From: Perna viridis
Taxonomy: Eukaryota
NCBI GenBank assembly: GCA_037379345.1
Contig: CM074516.1
Location: forward strand, 26,784,001-26,848,000
DNA length: 64,000 nt
Direction of reading: 5' to 3'
The position numbers were made by a program, and so were the translations under genes. Each line of letters opens with the position of its first letter. Position 1 is the first letter of the stretch. Positions 1-13,400 of this stretch are shown piece by piece. The notes under the pieces are model-generated. The model saw nothing but the letters and a program-made list of their open reading frames with translations. It did no database searches and had not been told where the DNA came from.

Positions 1-1447
1 GAGGGGCGGGGTTGAAATTTTCATGTTTTGAGAGCATCTGGAAATTTGTATTAGATTCTATTGATGTATCATGTAAGATCAAACTTAAAAAGTTTTTATT
101 GAGTAGGAAGAGTTCAATTTTGCTTTCAAAGATGAAAGATCTAAAACCTATCAACATTTTTAGTCTGAAGGAAACAGGCTTTTATTACTATTGTACTGGA
201 AATTATTGTATACACTAGAAACTCTGACAAGGGGAGATAATTTAACAATATTTTTGTCTTCATGCATTTAAAATGATCAGTATGTATGTTGTATTTTGGA
301 ATGCATGTCATAGTTTTTTATAGTTCTTCCTTTCAGTATCATTCCTGTATCATTTCACCTTTGATTTATTTTAGCCTCTTTTTCATCCAATGACCTTGAT
401 ATTGCATTTGTCCTTGAACAAAAGAATGTTTATTTTTTTTAATACATGTAGTTAATGATTTTAGTTACAGCATGTTTTAAAAAAGAAACAGGTATAGATG
501 TTAATATGCTGGGACCAGGTTTCTTCTGTATACCTGTAGCTGGAATGTGAAAATATTAGCTAGTATGATAGATAGTAGACTGGTTTAGAGAGTTTTGGTT
601 GAATGGTTCCTTTAGACTTTTTTTGTGTTTATATATTGATTTTTCCTTACTTATGTTTGTGATTTTCATCAGATAAAACTAGTTTATTTTCTACCATTTT
701 AAATAATGTATACAGCTCTCTTAAGATGAGTTGTTTCTTTGTAAGCTGTTGTACAAAATATGGGATGTTTCTTTTGATTTAACTGACATGAAGAAACTCA
801 TTGGAAAATTGTGATATCTTAAGGTTTCTGTCAGGTGATATAGACTTCTTGTTTCAATTAGTTTACTCTCTGGTTGTAGATTTTTGATAGTTTGATAGGC
901 ACAGTTGTACCAATTTATACTATGATTGAGTATTTTATGATATCAACTACAAATTTCTTGCAAAAAATGGTTTTCTTTTCTGTGGCATTGTTATATCGTG
1001 TCTGTACCCCTTCCCTCGTAGATATTATACTAGTTCAGTGTAGTGTAGCTATCCATTAAAAACATAGTTACCCCTGAAATGCTGTAGTCCTATTGAAGTA
1101 AATACTTAAAGGTGTATGAGTGAGGAGGGAATCAGTGATGGTAGATTAAAAAAAAAGTGTGGTTGAAATATTTCATTTTTGTTCCATTGTTTTTCAAATT
1201 AATGAGAATAGATTGATCCGTAGATGTTATATATTGAAAAAAAAAAAGCAATGTTACGGCTTATTTAGAATAGCTATTATGCTTGCTTTGTTAAATATTG
1301 ATTCCAGTATGCTTGTAGATTATTAAATAGCAGAACTACCTCTTTACAAACTATATATGTACGTTCCTGCTTCTAATGCAATAATAAATGGAGACAATAT
1401 GGTTTATTTTTCTCAAAAATGATTTTGTTTTGTTCATTCATTTATAG

Positions 1448-4400
1448 GGAGAAGAGCATGATAAGCGTACCCCTACTCCAGAGCCAGAGCAAGAATATTC
1501 TGAGGACGATTTGCCGAAACTGCAAGATGATGTCAACAACTTACAACAACAGTTTGATGAGTCAGTAACAGAAAAACACAACCTGGAAACAGAACTGACT
1601 TCAATGAATCAGAGACTGAAGGCTGCAACAGATTTAATTGATAGGTAAATTGATCACATAGATCACTGATGTCTATCGCATTGAATATTGCAAGCCTTCA
1701 GTGAGCATGTTTAAATTTGAATTAAATTAATGAGAGTGAGTTGTGAATGATCTGGAAAATGTGAAACTGTTATTGCGTATATTTGACTGAATGCATAAAA
1801 CAAAGGAAGTTAGCTGTACTAACAGGAAAATACTGTGGGATTAGTCTGAATGTTTGAATCCTTGAATTTTAAATTTTAAGTTTGATGTTTTTATTTTCAG
1901 TTTACAACTCCAAGAGTTAGACTGGAGAAGATTTGTAAAAGAGAATGATAGTAATGATTTGTTATTGGCTAACTGTATTACTGCTGCAGCTTTCCTTGTC
2001 TACTGTGGATCAGCAAATATTGATACAAGGTACCAGTATGGCTTTGATTTGCTGTTTGAAATATATGGAAGGAGTTGTATACATGTACAACTCAAAAACT
2101 GTGTTGGCATATAGGTAGTTCCTTATGTATTGCCTGGTCTTCTTTTTCACATTAGCAAGTTTTAAGTGATTTTTTTTGGAAAACTGAGCAAATGAAACTT
2201 GACTCAAAAGAATAGACTAATATATGGCTGCTCGTGCTGCTTAGTAATTACTGTCAGATTTTAAAGCCAAAATCCAATTGTTCTTGTTTATGGTTTAAGT
2301 CAAACTGTTGGCAGAATAGTAAATGAATTTGTTTTAAATACCTTATAACCCCATAATATTTATATATATTTTTACCATTTCTTTTCACCAGGAAGAGAAT
2401 GGGAGAATTTTTCATGCAAGTGTGTGAACACCATGGATTACCAATGGCAAAGAGGGCTTTGTTTAAGGAGATGTCCTTAGTTGATTTCCTCTGTAAACCA
2501 GTAAGTAATGGTCCACTGTCAGCCAATAAATGCTTTCATTCTGCTATAAATATATCCATATCTGAACCTCAATGGTTTGCAAATTTTATTTTGTGAAGTA
2601 TACCCAGCAGCAGGAGAAATTCACCACTCACAATTTCTTTTTTTGAATGTAAAATTCAGATGCTTATATATTTTTAAAATAACAGCTGAAATGAACTGGA
2701 AATTTGACGTTTTGTTAGTGGAATCCAGAGCAGCATATTCTGTGAAAATGAAATTTTTTCTAATTATCAGTTTTTCTTGTTTTTTTTTTTAATTTTGCAT
2801 TTTTCTCCCTTTTAAATGGAATAAAGCATCTTGTCATAGTTTTATGCAACATGCACTTTTTTGCTAGGAAAGAATGAAAATGTCTTTCCTGAGCAGTTTG
2901 GTATTTTTTCCATTACCACTCATTCTGAAAGTGACTAAATTCAGATTTTATTTTTAACCTCTATGATGAAGTCCCCTATTGCTACAGTCAAATTTGGAAG
3001 AAAGAAAACGCAGGGAAAGTTCTTTAATTTGTGTTTTTCTATTATAGCTGGACTTGATGGAACTAGAGATCAAACAGTTGCCAACAACACCCTTGATGTT
3101 AGAGAATGCTGCATTCTTGATGCAGGAGGACTATGTTAATGCCTGGCCTCTAATCTGTGATCCAACCAGTAGGGTCCTGGATTGGCTCTATCATTACAAG
3201 AAAGACAAAGGACTTGTGATTGTCAGATATAGTGTAAGTATGATGATTTATTGACAACATTTACAGTTGGTTTGTAGAATATATGATCATACATGTCAGC
3301 ATCTTGGAATTTTAAAATCAGTTTTAAAATTCATTGATAGTTGCAAACTTAAAGCATGAAAAAACACTAATAAAAAAAGCAAAAGAATCCAAGAGAATTA
3401 TAGGTCCTTTGCATGAGTGTAAGAAATCTCAGAGTTTCATTAGGGATGAGAGTATGTATCTATTTCTTCCATAAAACATTGCATTTTACAGGCAAACTGC
3501 ATATGGTTTAAGATAATGTCTCCATCATTTCCCTGTCATTGTGACATTAAATTGCAAAATCATAAATCACTTGTGACAAATGTCCATGTTTTGGTTGGAT
3601 AACACAACAAAGAAAGACTAGAGCTTGTGATCTCCATTTACACTGATTATTATAACTCAGATATGCCTAATTTATGAAAAATATAACAGAAAGCTATGCA
3701 TTAGTTGAATTTCCGGTATCAAATGAGACAACAGTTTGGCTGATTTTGTCAGAAAGTTACATTATACCAACCTCCAATATGTTTATCGCAGGAAATAAGA
3801 TCCCAGTTTGAGAACTGTTTGGCTGATGGGAGCCCCTTGTTTGTGACAGACTGTGATTTGGCTGAACTGGCCTTTGATAAGAGGTTCAACGATGCTCTAC
3901 AGAATTGTTCACAATTTATTCATGGCAAGCAAAGATTCAAAATTACTGTAAGTACTAAAAAATTTTCTTGTTTTTTTTTTTGTTTTCTATTTAAAAAAAA
4001 AAGAATAATAGGTTATGTTAACAAATTTTTTTTTCATTGTGTTTCATTTCATTGCGTCCTTAACAGACAATACATCTGATGTATTATGGCATGTTTTGAC
4101 CTTTGATGTAACGTAATTAAGGGCCCAGAGTAAGATAAGGCCTAATAATCAGCCCTGAACAAGTATGATGATTAATGACAATTACAGGATAGCTTTTCAA
4201 TGTAATGGCCATTAATGTTTATCTTTTTTTTAATTTTTTGTAGGTTGAAGACCATGAGGTTGAATGTGATCCTAAATTTAGACTGTTCCTTCACACCACA
4301 GTAGAACCTCACAATGTGCCTCAGGTCCTGGCAGCCTACTGTACTGTGATGTTCTTCCAACAGAGTAGACATTGTCTGGAGGTAGAACTCATGGAGAGGT

Positions 4401-7400
4401 TCAAGGCCAAGAAAGAGAAATCGAGGAGTGAGGAGGAGAGACAGGCTCTTAGAGTGGTAGGTTTGTTGTTAGAAACCTCAGAAAAATTGGAACATTAGAA
4501 ATAATAGTACTGACAGGCTTTTAGAGTAATAGGTTTTGTTGTTATAAACTGTAGAAAACCAGAGATGCTTTTTGGTCTACACATGCTATATTTTTGTGCG
4601 GCATTAGTCCTTTCTGAAATTAGTTCTGTACTTTTGAGAAAATTACACTTTAATCTCCTACTGAAATCAACCAAATTGAAACCAAATCAAAAGAATGATA
4701 ACTCTTGCAATGTGCTAATTTCATGTACAATCTATATAAATTATAACTCAAAAGTGCAACCCCCAAATGAAAAACTAAGACTGGTTATATGATCTATAAC
4801 GGTTTCTGAACAAGAAATAAAACTGAATTTGGTGGGTTTTTGACATGCATGAATCACCTTCTGTCTGATTATTATATTGTTTAATTTAATGAATGAAGAG
4901 ATTTCCATATTAAGCTTAGGATACTAATAACTGATTCATAACTTGTATTTTAGGAAAAGAAAGAGAATATGATTGAAATGGATAGACTAGAAAATCGACT
5001 GAGAGACAATTTATCCAGTGATGTACGTCTAATGAATGATCTACCGGCCACTAAAAAACTGACCGACCTCAAAAAGATGTATGATGAAGCTGTCGACAGG
5101 TATGAGTGAAGTATTATACGACTGTTAATTTTTTTTAGCACGATTGAAACTGTACCAAGAGGCTTTTAACTTTGTGGATTGTCCATATTTACTATGAATT
5201 TGACTGCAAATTATGCTCTACAGATTGTGAGGCTATCCATAGTACCTGTATCACAATATTCAGGATTTTCATTTTCATAAAATATGGACAGAAATATGAT
5301 TTATTGTAAAGAAGTATAAATGGGTCTGCTGTACTTTAAATAATGAGTCATGGCTTGTTTTCGTAAATGTTAATGCATTTTTTTTTACCATTCAGGTCAT
5401 TTGAAAATGTTGATTTCAAAAAAAAAACTTAAGAAATTGAAGAATTCCTCAATTTAGAGTTTTTTTAAAATTAAACCGAGGTCAGGCGATCTTGTCATTC
5501 ATTTCAAAATTTTTTTTAAATTCTCTATTTGCAGCCAAATGAGAGTAGAAGAGAGACAGAATGAGTTGACAAAGAACTCTGACACCAACAGGAATGTTGC
5601 TGTGAGAGCTGCTGTTTGTTTTGATACAGCTCAATACATGAGAGAAGTCAGCCCTCTGTATCAGATGTCATTCAACAGTTTCCTCAGACTATTTGATAGT
5701 GCCATTACACAGTCAGAACCGTAAGATTAGTTTGTTATTGTGGAAGTAATTGTATTCATCAATATCATTTTTTGTGGTATGGCAAAATATGTAATGTGTG
5801 AAATTTGAATTTGCCAATTCTATGTAAGCATCTAAGTTTTCAGTTAATTTTATTAAATTTTTGGAGAGCTGAATAGAACTTTTTACTGTCTTTTTTTGTC
5901 GGTTCTTTAGATTTCTGCAAGGAGGCTTATGAACTAGATAGAACTGCTTTGATATGTGTTTTTTTTCTTTCCTTTTAGTTCTCAAGATCAGGCAATGATA
6001 GATAAAATTACATACACCACACATAACTTTGTAGCCAGAGGATTGATGGAAAGAGATAGACATCTTTTCTCACTTCTTCTAGCCATTGAGGTATAACTTA
6101 TTCTTACAGGATGCATCATTTTATCATATTGGCTCTATAGTTGTCTGGTTAAGCACTATAAATGACTAAGAACAAATTTTATGCAGTGTTAATTAAACTG
6201 AAGAACAAACAGGTTTTCAAACTTTGAATTTGTTTGTATTGAACTAAACAAAAGCTTAAATTTATCTCAACATGAAAAGTACTTATAGAATGACACAAAT
6301 GTCTGTTAGAATATTGTCATAGATATAACAATCATTCAACATTAGTTAGTGTGCAAGTTTTTTACTCTCAAAATTTGCATATTATCTTTTATCTTTTGGT
6401 TTATTATTACTATCCAAAATATTTTTAATCGAACATCACACATGTTTTACAGGTTGAAGATTCTCTAGGTAATGTAGGAGTTGGAGAGAGGGAGTTCCTT
6501 ATCTCACCAAACTATGGATCTGTGGTGATGTCAGCTCTTGGGTATACCCAGCCACAGGACAGTAAAATCCTGCAACAGAAAAATACCTTCGCTTGGATGC
6601 ATGAGGAACAGTTCCATAATTTGCAGGTATGAACATTGAAACCTTGTCTCTTCAAACCCTGAATAAACTAGAAGTCTATTTTACAAAGCAACCTTCTGAA
6701 TCCCTTTTTGTCAGTTTCAATGGAATTTAAACTTTGTAAACTAAATTATGGCCTAAACTGAACAAGTCCTTCAGTCTGAAAATATGTTTAAACCAAATTG
6801 TGGCCTAAACTGAACAAATCCTTCAGTCTGAAAATGTGTTTAAACCAAATTGTGGCCTAAACTGAACAAGTCCTTCAGTCTGAAAATGTGTTTAAAGCAA
6901 ATTATGGCCTAAGCTGAACAAGTCCTTCAGTCTGAAAATGTGTTTTGTTTGGACAGATTGCACTACAGTTGATCGATACTTCACCATAAAATGTCAAAAA
7001 GTGAACATGAAAAAGAATCACACAATATTATTACACATGGGAGAAAAGGTCTAAGCTTGAAAATCATCCTCATTTTTGTTATCATAGGTATTAGCTACCC
7101 ACTTTGAGTGGTTCCAAGATATGTTTGACAAGATGCCAAAGGATGGTCGTGAGTCTCCATGGAGAAACTTTGCCGATCCTACTATTACAGTTGCTGGGGA
7201 GACTCAAGTTTTGCCTGACAAGTTTGATGAGCACTGCACCAATATGCAATGGCTATGTGTAATGAGAGCTGCTCGTAGCGATAGGTTGATTCAAGCATCC
7301 ACTCTGTTTATCAACAGAGTCCTTGGTAAAAAGTAAGTTGACAGAAAATTAAATTATTTTAATACTTTCCTCAGTATACCCGATGTTTTCATGTTTTCCA

Positions 7401-10400
7401 ATGTTTTAATGTTTTAACTTTTGAATGTTATAATTGGAATGCTGCTAGATTTGATGCTTTCATTGTTTTATCTTGATTTTTACTTGATTTATTTCTTGGG
7501 ATGTTATTGCACCTTGAATGAAATTTTCTTATATTGTAGTAATTGTACCATTATTTATCACATGTCACAGTGTAATGTCCTATTCACTAAATCCAATGTT
7601 AGTGGTTATTTTTTACAGTCTAATCAAAACAAAGATCTTTGATTTCATTTTCTCGTATGGAAGATAGGATACTGGTGTCAGTGTCACAAAAAGTTCAAAC
7701 TGTGAAATTGATCGTAAGTTATGACATCACAATGCTATTTTTGTTGTGACATCATTACTTACAATCATCTTTAAACTTACGACTTTTTGATGCCTGATGA
7801 TTTGGAATCAGTTACATATAAGCTCCATAACTCAAGAGAATAATGGAGTTTGAATTACCAGTTGTATCGGATGGGTTTCAGATCTCCTCCAGGGGACAGT
7901 GTTATCAAAAATTGTAAATGAGCTTGATTTTAATCATAGTCTTAACTTTTAAACACTATGAAGTCAAAAATTATTACCGGTATTTAATTATAGGTATAGA
8001 GCTGATACTGATATTGTTTAGTCCTCCAAATCAATTCTACATTAAGTACATATATATACCATTCTTTATATCAGTCTAAGATATTGGTGGTATTTTATTG
8101 TTACATACTTGTATTTTTTTCACACTTTTACATTCTATAATAAAATTTTTTCTGCTATTGTATGAATTTTGTAAAATTGAATTGTTTCTTTCTAGGAGCG
8201 CATTTCTGAGAAATCGAAGACTGAACCAAAATAAATTCACACATTATCTATTCACGTAATGTCAATTTCTGTATTTAAACCCTACAGACATAGCTGGCTT
8301 AATGCTGAATATATGGATCACAAGTTAAATTATCAGATGTACAACATTTGACTGTACTTTTACTTAAGTTTGAATATTATCTCTGATATTGCCTTTCTAA
8401 TACTTAAATAAGAGAGACTTTGTTTGGATGCAAGTGATTTTACCAATTTTGGCAATTTAGGCAGAACTGCCAGAATGTTTTTCTGGGAGTTTTGATTTCT
8501 CCTTATAAAAATGTCACTGAACGATGCCTTATAACAGACCCTAGTCAAATTAAACACCATTTGCCATTCAGTTTTCCTTTAATTATAGCACAAACAATGA
8601 TAGTGTTCAGTTGATATGGTTTGCCTTCCCTTGATTATATGGCTATTGCCTGATGAACTGCCTCAGGTAGTTGACTGGACAATTGAAAAGGAGTTTTAAA
8701 CTTTCTTTCAGACATAAATATAAAATTATGTGGAATGATGAAAGTTTTAAATCTCCTTGTCAACTGTCCAGTAGCTATCTTAGACATTTCTTTAGGTGGT
8801 TCCTATTCAAACAAGTGAAGACTAACTCTATCTCATGAACATCATCATCAATGTGCTGTAATATCAATATTATCTGAAATGAAAGTACACAAAATAGTTT
8901 TATATCTGACAATTCAAACTCACTGTCCATGTATTTAACAAGTAGAATATTGCTAGCATCATGTATTTGTATTGTTATTGATACTGATAGGGTATGCAGG
9001 TATAGATAGATAGAAATGAAGGATTTAGACATATTAGGCTCTATTAAACTTCTTTTTTTCAATAAGTCTGTAGGAGGATTTTTTTTTATGGTATCATTAA
9101 TAATTTATTTTGCATAGAACAGAGTTTCAATAAGATATCTTTGTTATACCACTATAAGAGGAGCTGTACTGCTATAATATTGTATGGCTATTCCTTGTCT
9201 GTTACTAGTTCATCTTGTCATCCACAAACAACATTTGTCACATTTTCATCAATGACAAGTGCTATTGGACAAAATACTTTTATATTTAGTACTTAGCTTT
9301 GAGATGATTCTCATTTCTCGTCACATTTTTGCAACTTGTACTCAGTAGAATGATAACATTTATTTGGTCTGTAGCATTTACATGATAATTTGTGCCATAT
9401 TTTCTTGTTGGACAAACCTGGATATGGTTTGAGGCCGATAGAAATATATAGCACAGCACAATGTATCATACAACCTCGTGTAGATTTGATTGTTAGATTA
9501 AGTGAAACTTACGAACATATTCAGTATTTAAAATGTTTTTGTTTGGAAATTTCACCATTAAGGAACAGTAAATATAACTTTAAGTATCGCATGATGTTAA
9601 TTTATTAATTAATAATGCAATTCTCACACAATAGTAAGCAAAAATGACTGATCAATGTATATATAGCCTGTGTATCAATTCTAAAGCTTTTTTAAAATTT
9701 ATTAATAAATTGCTATATCTTGAGTCAATATAAAATTTCAAGACAAGACTGACAGTTATACATTCCTCATGTTGTAAAAAGAACAAAATTCGTTTTGTTC
9801 ACATTTTTGTTACTCTAAATGAACTTGGCTCTAGAAGTATCGACTGATCACATTTTTGTTACTCTAAATGAACTTGGCTCTAGAAGTATCGACTGATCAC
9901 ATTTTTGTTACTCTAAATGAACTTGGCTCTAGAAGTATCGACTGATCACATTTTTGTAATTCCAAGTAATTGTGACTCTAATGATTTTAAATGTTTTATC
10001 AGACATCAGGATGAGGAATCCTCTGAGCGTTGGTAAGCAGCATGCAGTGTGTGACAGCATGTCAGAGCGTTGATGCACTGTAGCTGTGTGTTACACATAA
10101 CAATAGTGTGGGCTGCTTTGTGAATGATAATAAATTTGTTGGATATGTTGTTTAAAATAGTGTAAACACATTGTTAGGGGTTTGTTTATGAGGTTATAAA
10201 GTCAATAGATTTTGTCATATTTGAGTCATTGTGTTACGAGATGAAATTTCATATTTAGGCAGATAAATTAAGATGGTGTTCTTAGGGGTCATTTCAAATT
10301 TAATGTGATTTTTAAAGTATTATAAATTTGATGGTGTTAAGGTGATAGTTTCAATAGCTGTAGAGGGAGTTGCTAATCTATGTGAGAGCTGTATTGGCAC

Positions 10401-13400
10401 AATTTTGTAACACATGTAAGTTTTAATGAGTGACCCAGCTCCAGGTTAAGACTGAGAAGCTATAATTGCTATTTATTTTCATTGTTATGTTAAATGATAT
10501 TGTCATAATATTTTAGGTTACAAACAATGACTTTTATAGGAAGATGATATTTGACATCTGTTAATTCCCCCATGTAGTGTAACTTAATTGTATTCTTTAG
10601 ATATCTCCCCTTCTAGCTTTTAAATATCAGCTGATTGTCTGATGAATTCTTCTATTAGAAAAAAAACATCTTGTAGACATTGGTAGAAGCTTTATACTGT
10701 GAGTAAAGTTGCACAGCAAATTTACAATATAGATCTACACCCAAACTATATACAAGTATAGAGGAATTTACTGAAAAAAATTAGATAAATTGTTATACAA
10801 TACCAAATGTTTCTTTTTTCAAATAAAAGTAATAACTAAATTACTTAAAGAAATAAATGTAAAAAAAGAATAGACAAAAATGAAAAGTTCATACTTTAGA
10901 CAAAATTGGTTTTTAGAATAGTTTAAAGACCACTTTACTTTGCCAAAACCAACCCATCTTCTTACCAACAAAAATATTAAAATTGTATAGACACATATTA
11001 CTTCCAATTTGCACAAAATAGGAAAGTGGCAATTTGTCCCTTGTCCTAGCTAACTGGGGATTTTTTTGGCTTCAGTAGTCTCTCAAAATTGCTATATGCC
11101 TTGCTCTTTAACTTTCAGTAGCTGTGTTATTAAAATCATGTTTAAATAGTTGCCAGTTAATAATTAACTCATGGGGTTTTGTTCATGTTTCCATTATTGT
11201 AATGAAAATATTTAAATGATAATTTTGTTGCTATTCTAATTAACTTTCTAATAACTTTGTGAAAAAAAATCTTCACTGTCTATTTTAACAATGTAGAATG
11301 GAGAACACTGTTACTGTAATCACATGTTGATTTATGTCTAGCAACATGTAATATTTGTTTTTTTTGGGGTTTTTTTGTTTTTTTTTTTTGGTCATTAAGT
11401 GTAAATGTTTGTAAGAATCAGGCAAAATGGGAAAAATCAGAAACATTCATGTGAAAACCCCACCGGTCTGACAATGTAATGTCACTCAAGGATACTTTCT
11501 GTATTTAAAAAGGCCATTATTTGGTCTCTGCATCACTGGCTTTGCTCAGAAATTTTTTCAGTAGATTGTAAGTAAAATTAGGTTTTTGACAGAGTTAACT
11601 GCCCTTGAAATGTTCATTTTCAGCACATTTCAATGAAATTATAGCTCATTGCACCAACATGATATGGAAAATATTGTCTTCTTTCCTTGATTCTGATGGT
11701 GCAAATAGTAAAATTACACTATCAAAATGATGTTTTTTTTCATATCATGTTTCACCCTCTGCCTGATTCTTACAGAGACTGACACTCAATGTCTTTGTAC
11801 AAAATTTCATGAAAATCTTTCAAGACCGTACAAGTTATGTTATCTTTTCAAAGGTATTATGGTGATGTTGGAATAGATTTTAACGCAATGTATAAACAGA
11901 GCTCAGCCACTACTCCTGTCTTATTGCTGTATCGTTTTGAGACTGAGATGGCAAACAAAGTATTTATGGACTTTTCCAATAAGAAACAAGTTAAACCTGT
12001 GGTAAAGACACTGACAGAAAACACTGCTGCCACAGAAAAAGCAGTGAAAAGGATTATCCAGAAAGGCATGAGTGAGGTATATAGATTTGTATAGATGATA
12101 ACTGGCAAGAAACATTTCTCTTCTCAGCAGATGATCAGTGCAAAATTCATTGTAACTTAATCAAATGAAATACTGTATGACATTACACTCAAGATGTTAA
12201 CTGTTTGGAAGTTGTCAGAAGTAAGTTACATATAAAGATTAATAGCCATGAAAGAAAGAGAATCTGGCACTGCATTTTGTTTCAGACTACATTTCTATAA
12301 TCTGAATGGTTAAATGTGCTATATTAAACTCTCTGCCAGCCTTGTGCATTATATTGTAGAGTGCAAATGCAGTAATAGATTAATGAGGTAGACCTAGAGT
12401 AAGGGACATAACTCCTGAAATCTGTGATATGTTTGTATCATATTCAGTTTCACCAAAGACTGTCAAACTTTCATTTGAAAGAGAGTGAAATCAATCCAAG
12501 TTACTTTTATGCTTACATGAGATTGATGTCAAATGCTGAATACAAATGTCCCAATGATTTGTAAGAGTTGTGTCCCTTACCCTAGGTCTACATCATTATG
12601 TTTATTATATGACAATAGGCAAGGTAAATACTTACAATAAGATAACAGATGTGTAATGTTTTACATGAAACCTTTTATGAGTTTTATAAAAGAATGGTCA
12701 CTTAATACATGAAGTTTGCTTATGGAAAAAAGAGAAATAGAAAAACATGACAGTTCATGAAAAATCTTGGGAGGAAAGAGAAATTTGAAATAAATTTTTA
12801 ATTGTTTTTATTTCATTTATTTTTAGGGGTCATGGGTACTATTGAACAATGCCCACAATGCACCCAATGTGTTGAAAAATTTAGAGACCATGATGACAGA
12901 GAATACCAAACCTGACCCTAGCTTCAGAGTCTGGATTACATGTAGAAATAAACCTGATTTTATACCTACCAGGATGTTACAAAACTCTGTCAAATGTGTC
13001 ATTGATTCACCTAGAGTAGGTTTAAGTAGAATTTTAAATTAAGTTTTTTTTACTTTTTATAAGTCTAAGATAAGATTCATTAACAACATCAATATTCAAA
13101 TGAACTACCATAAATATTGTTGTTTTTTTATTATAATTTCCTTAACTGTTTGAAATTAATATACATGTATGATGAATGAAAATTATCAAAATTTGAGATC
13201 TAATACCATTCTTTAGTGTATATCAGAGTATTCTTGTTGTTATCAAATAATTGATATACACATGTATTTGCTTTTTATTGCAATGCTTTTTTGTTATATT
13301 ATTGGAAATATACAAGTCCTCCCAAAAAATAAAAAAAATAATAAAAATTATAATAAAAAAAAGCTTGCCTACCCCTACTAGTGCCTATAATATAATGATT

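Noticed and set aside
8196-8255. 60-nt phase-2 open segment in the 4.5-kb dynein intron
   Set aside because: The donor is weak (AC|GTAATG) and the peptide is not dynein-like, so support is insufficient.
6743-9957. 52-bp and 49-bp repeats as possible CRISPR arrays
   Set aside because: The units are head-to-tail with no unique spacers, the context is a eukaryotic intron, and there are no cas genes.
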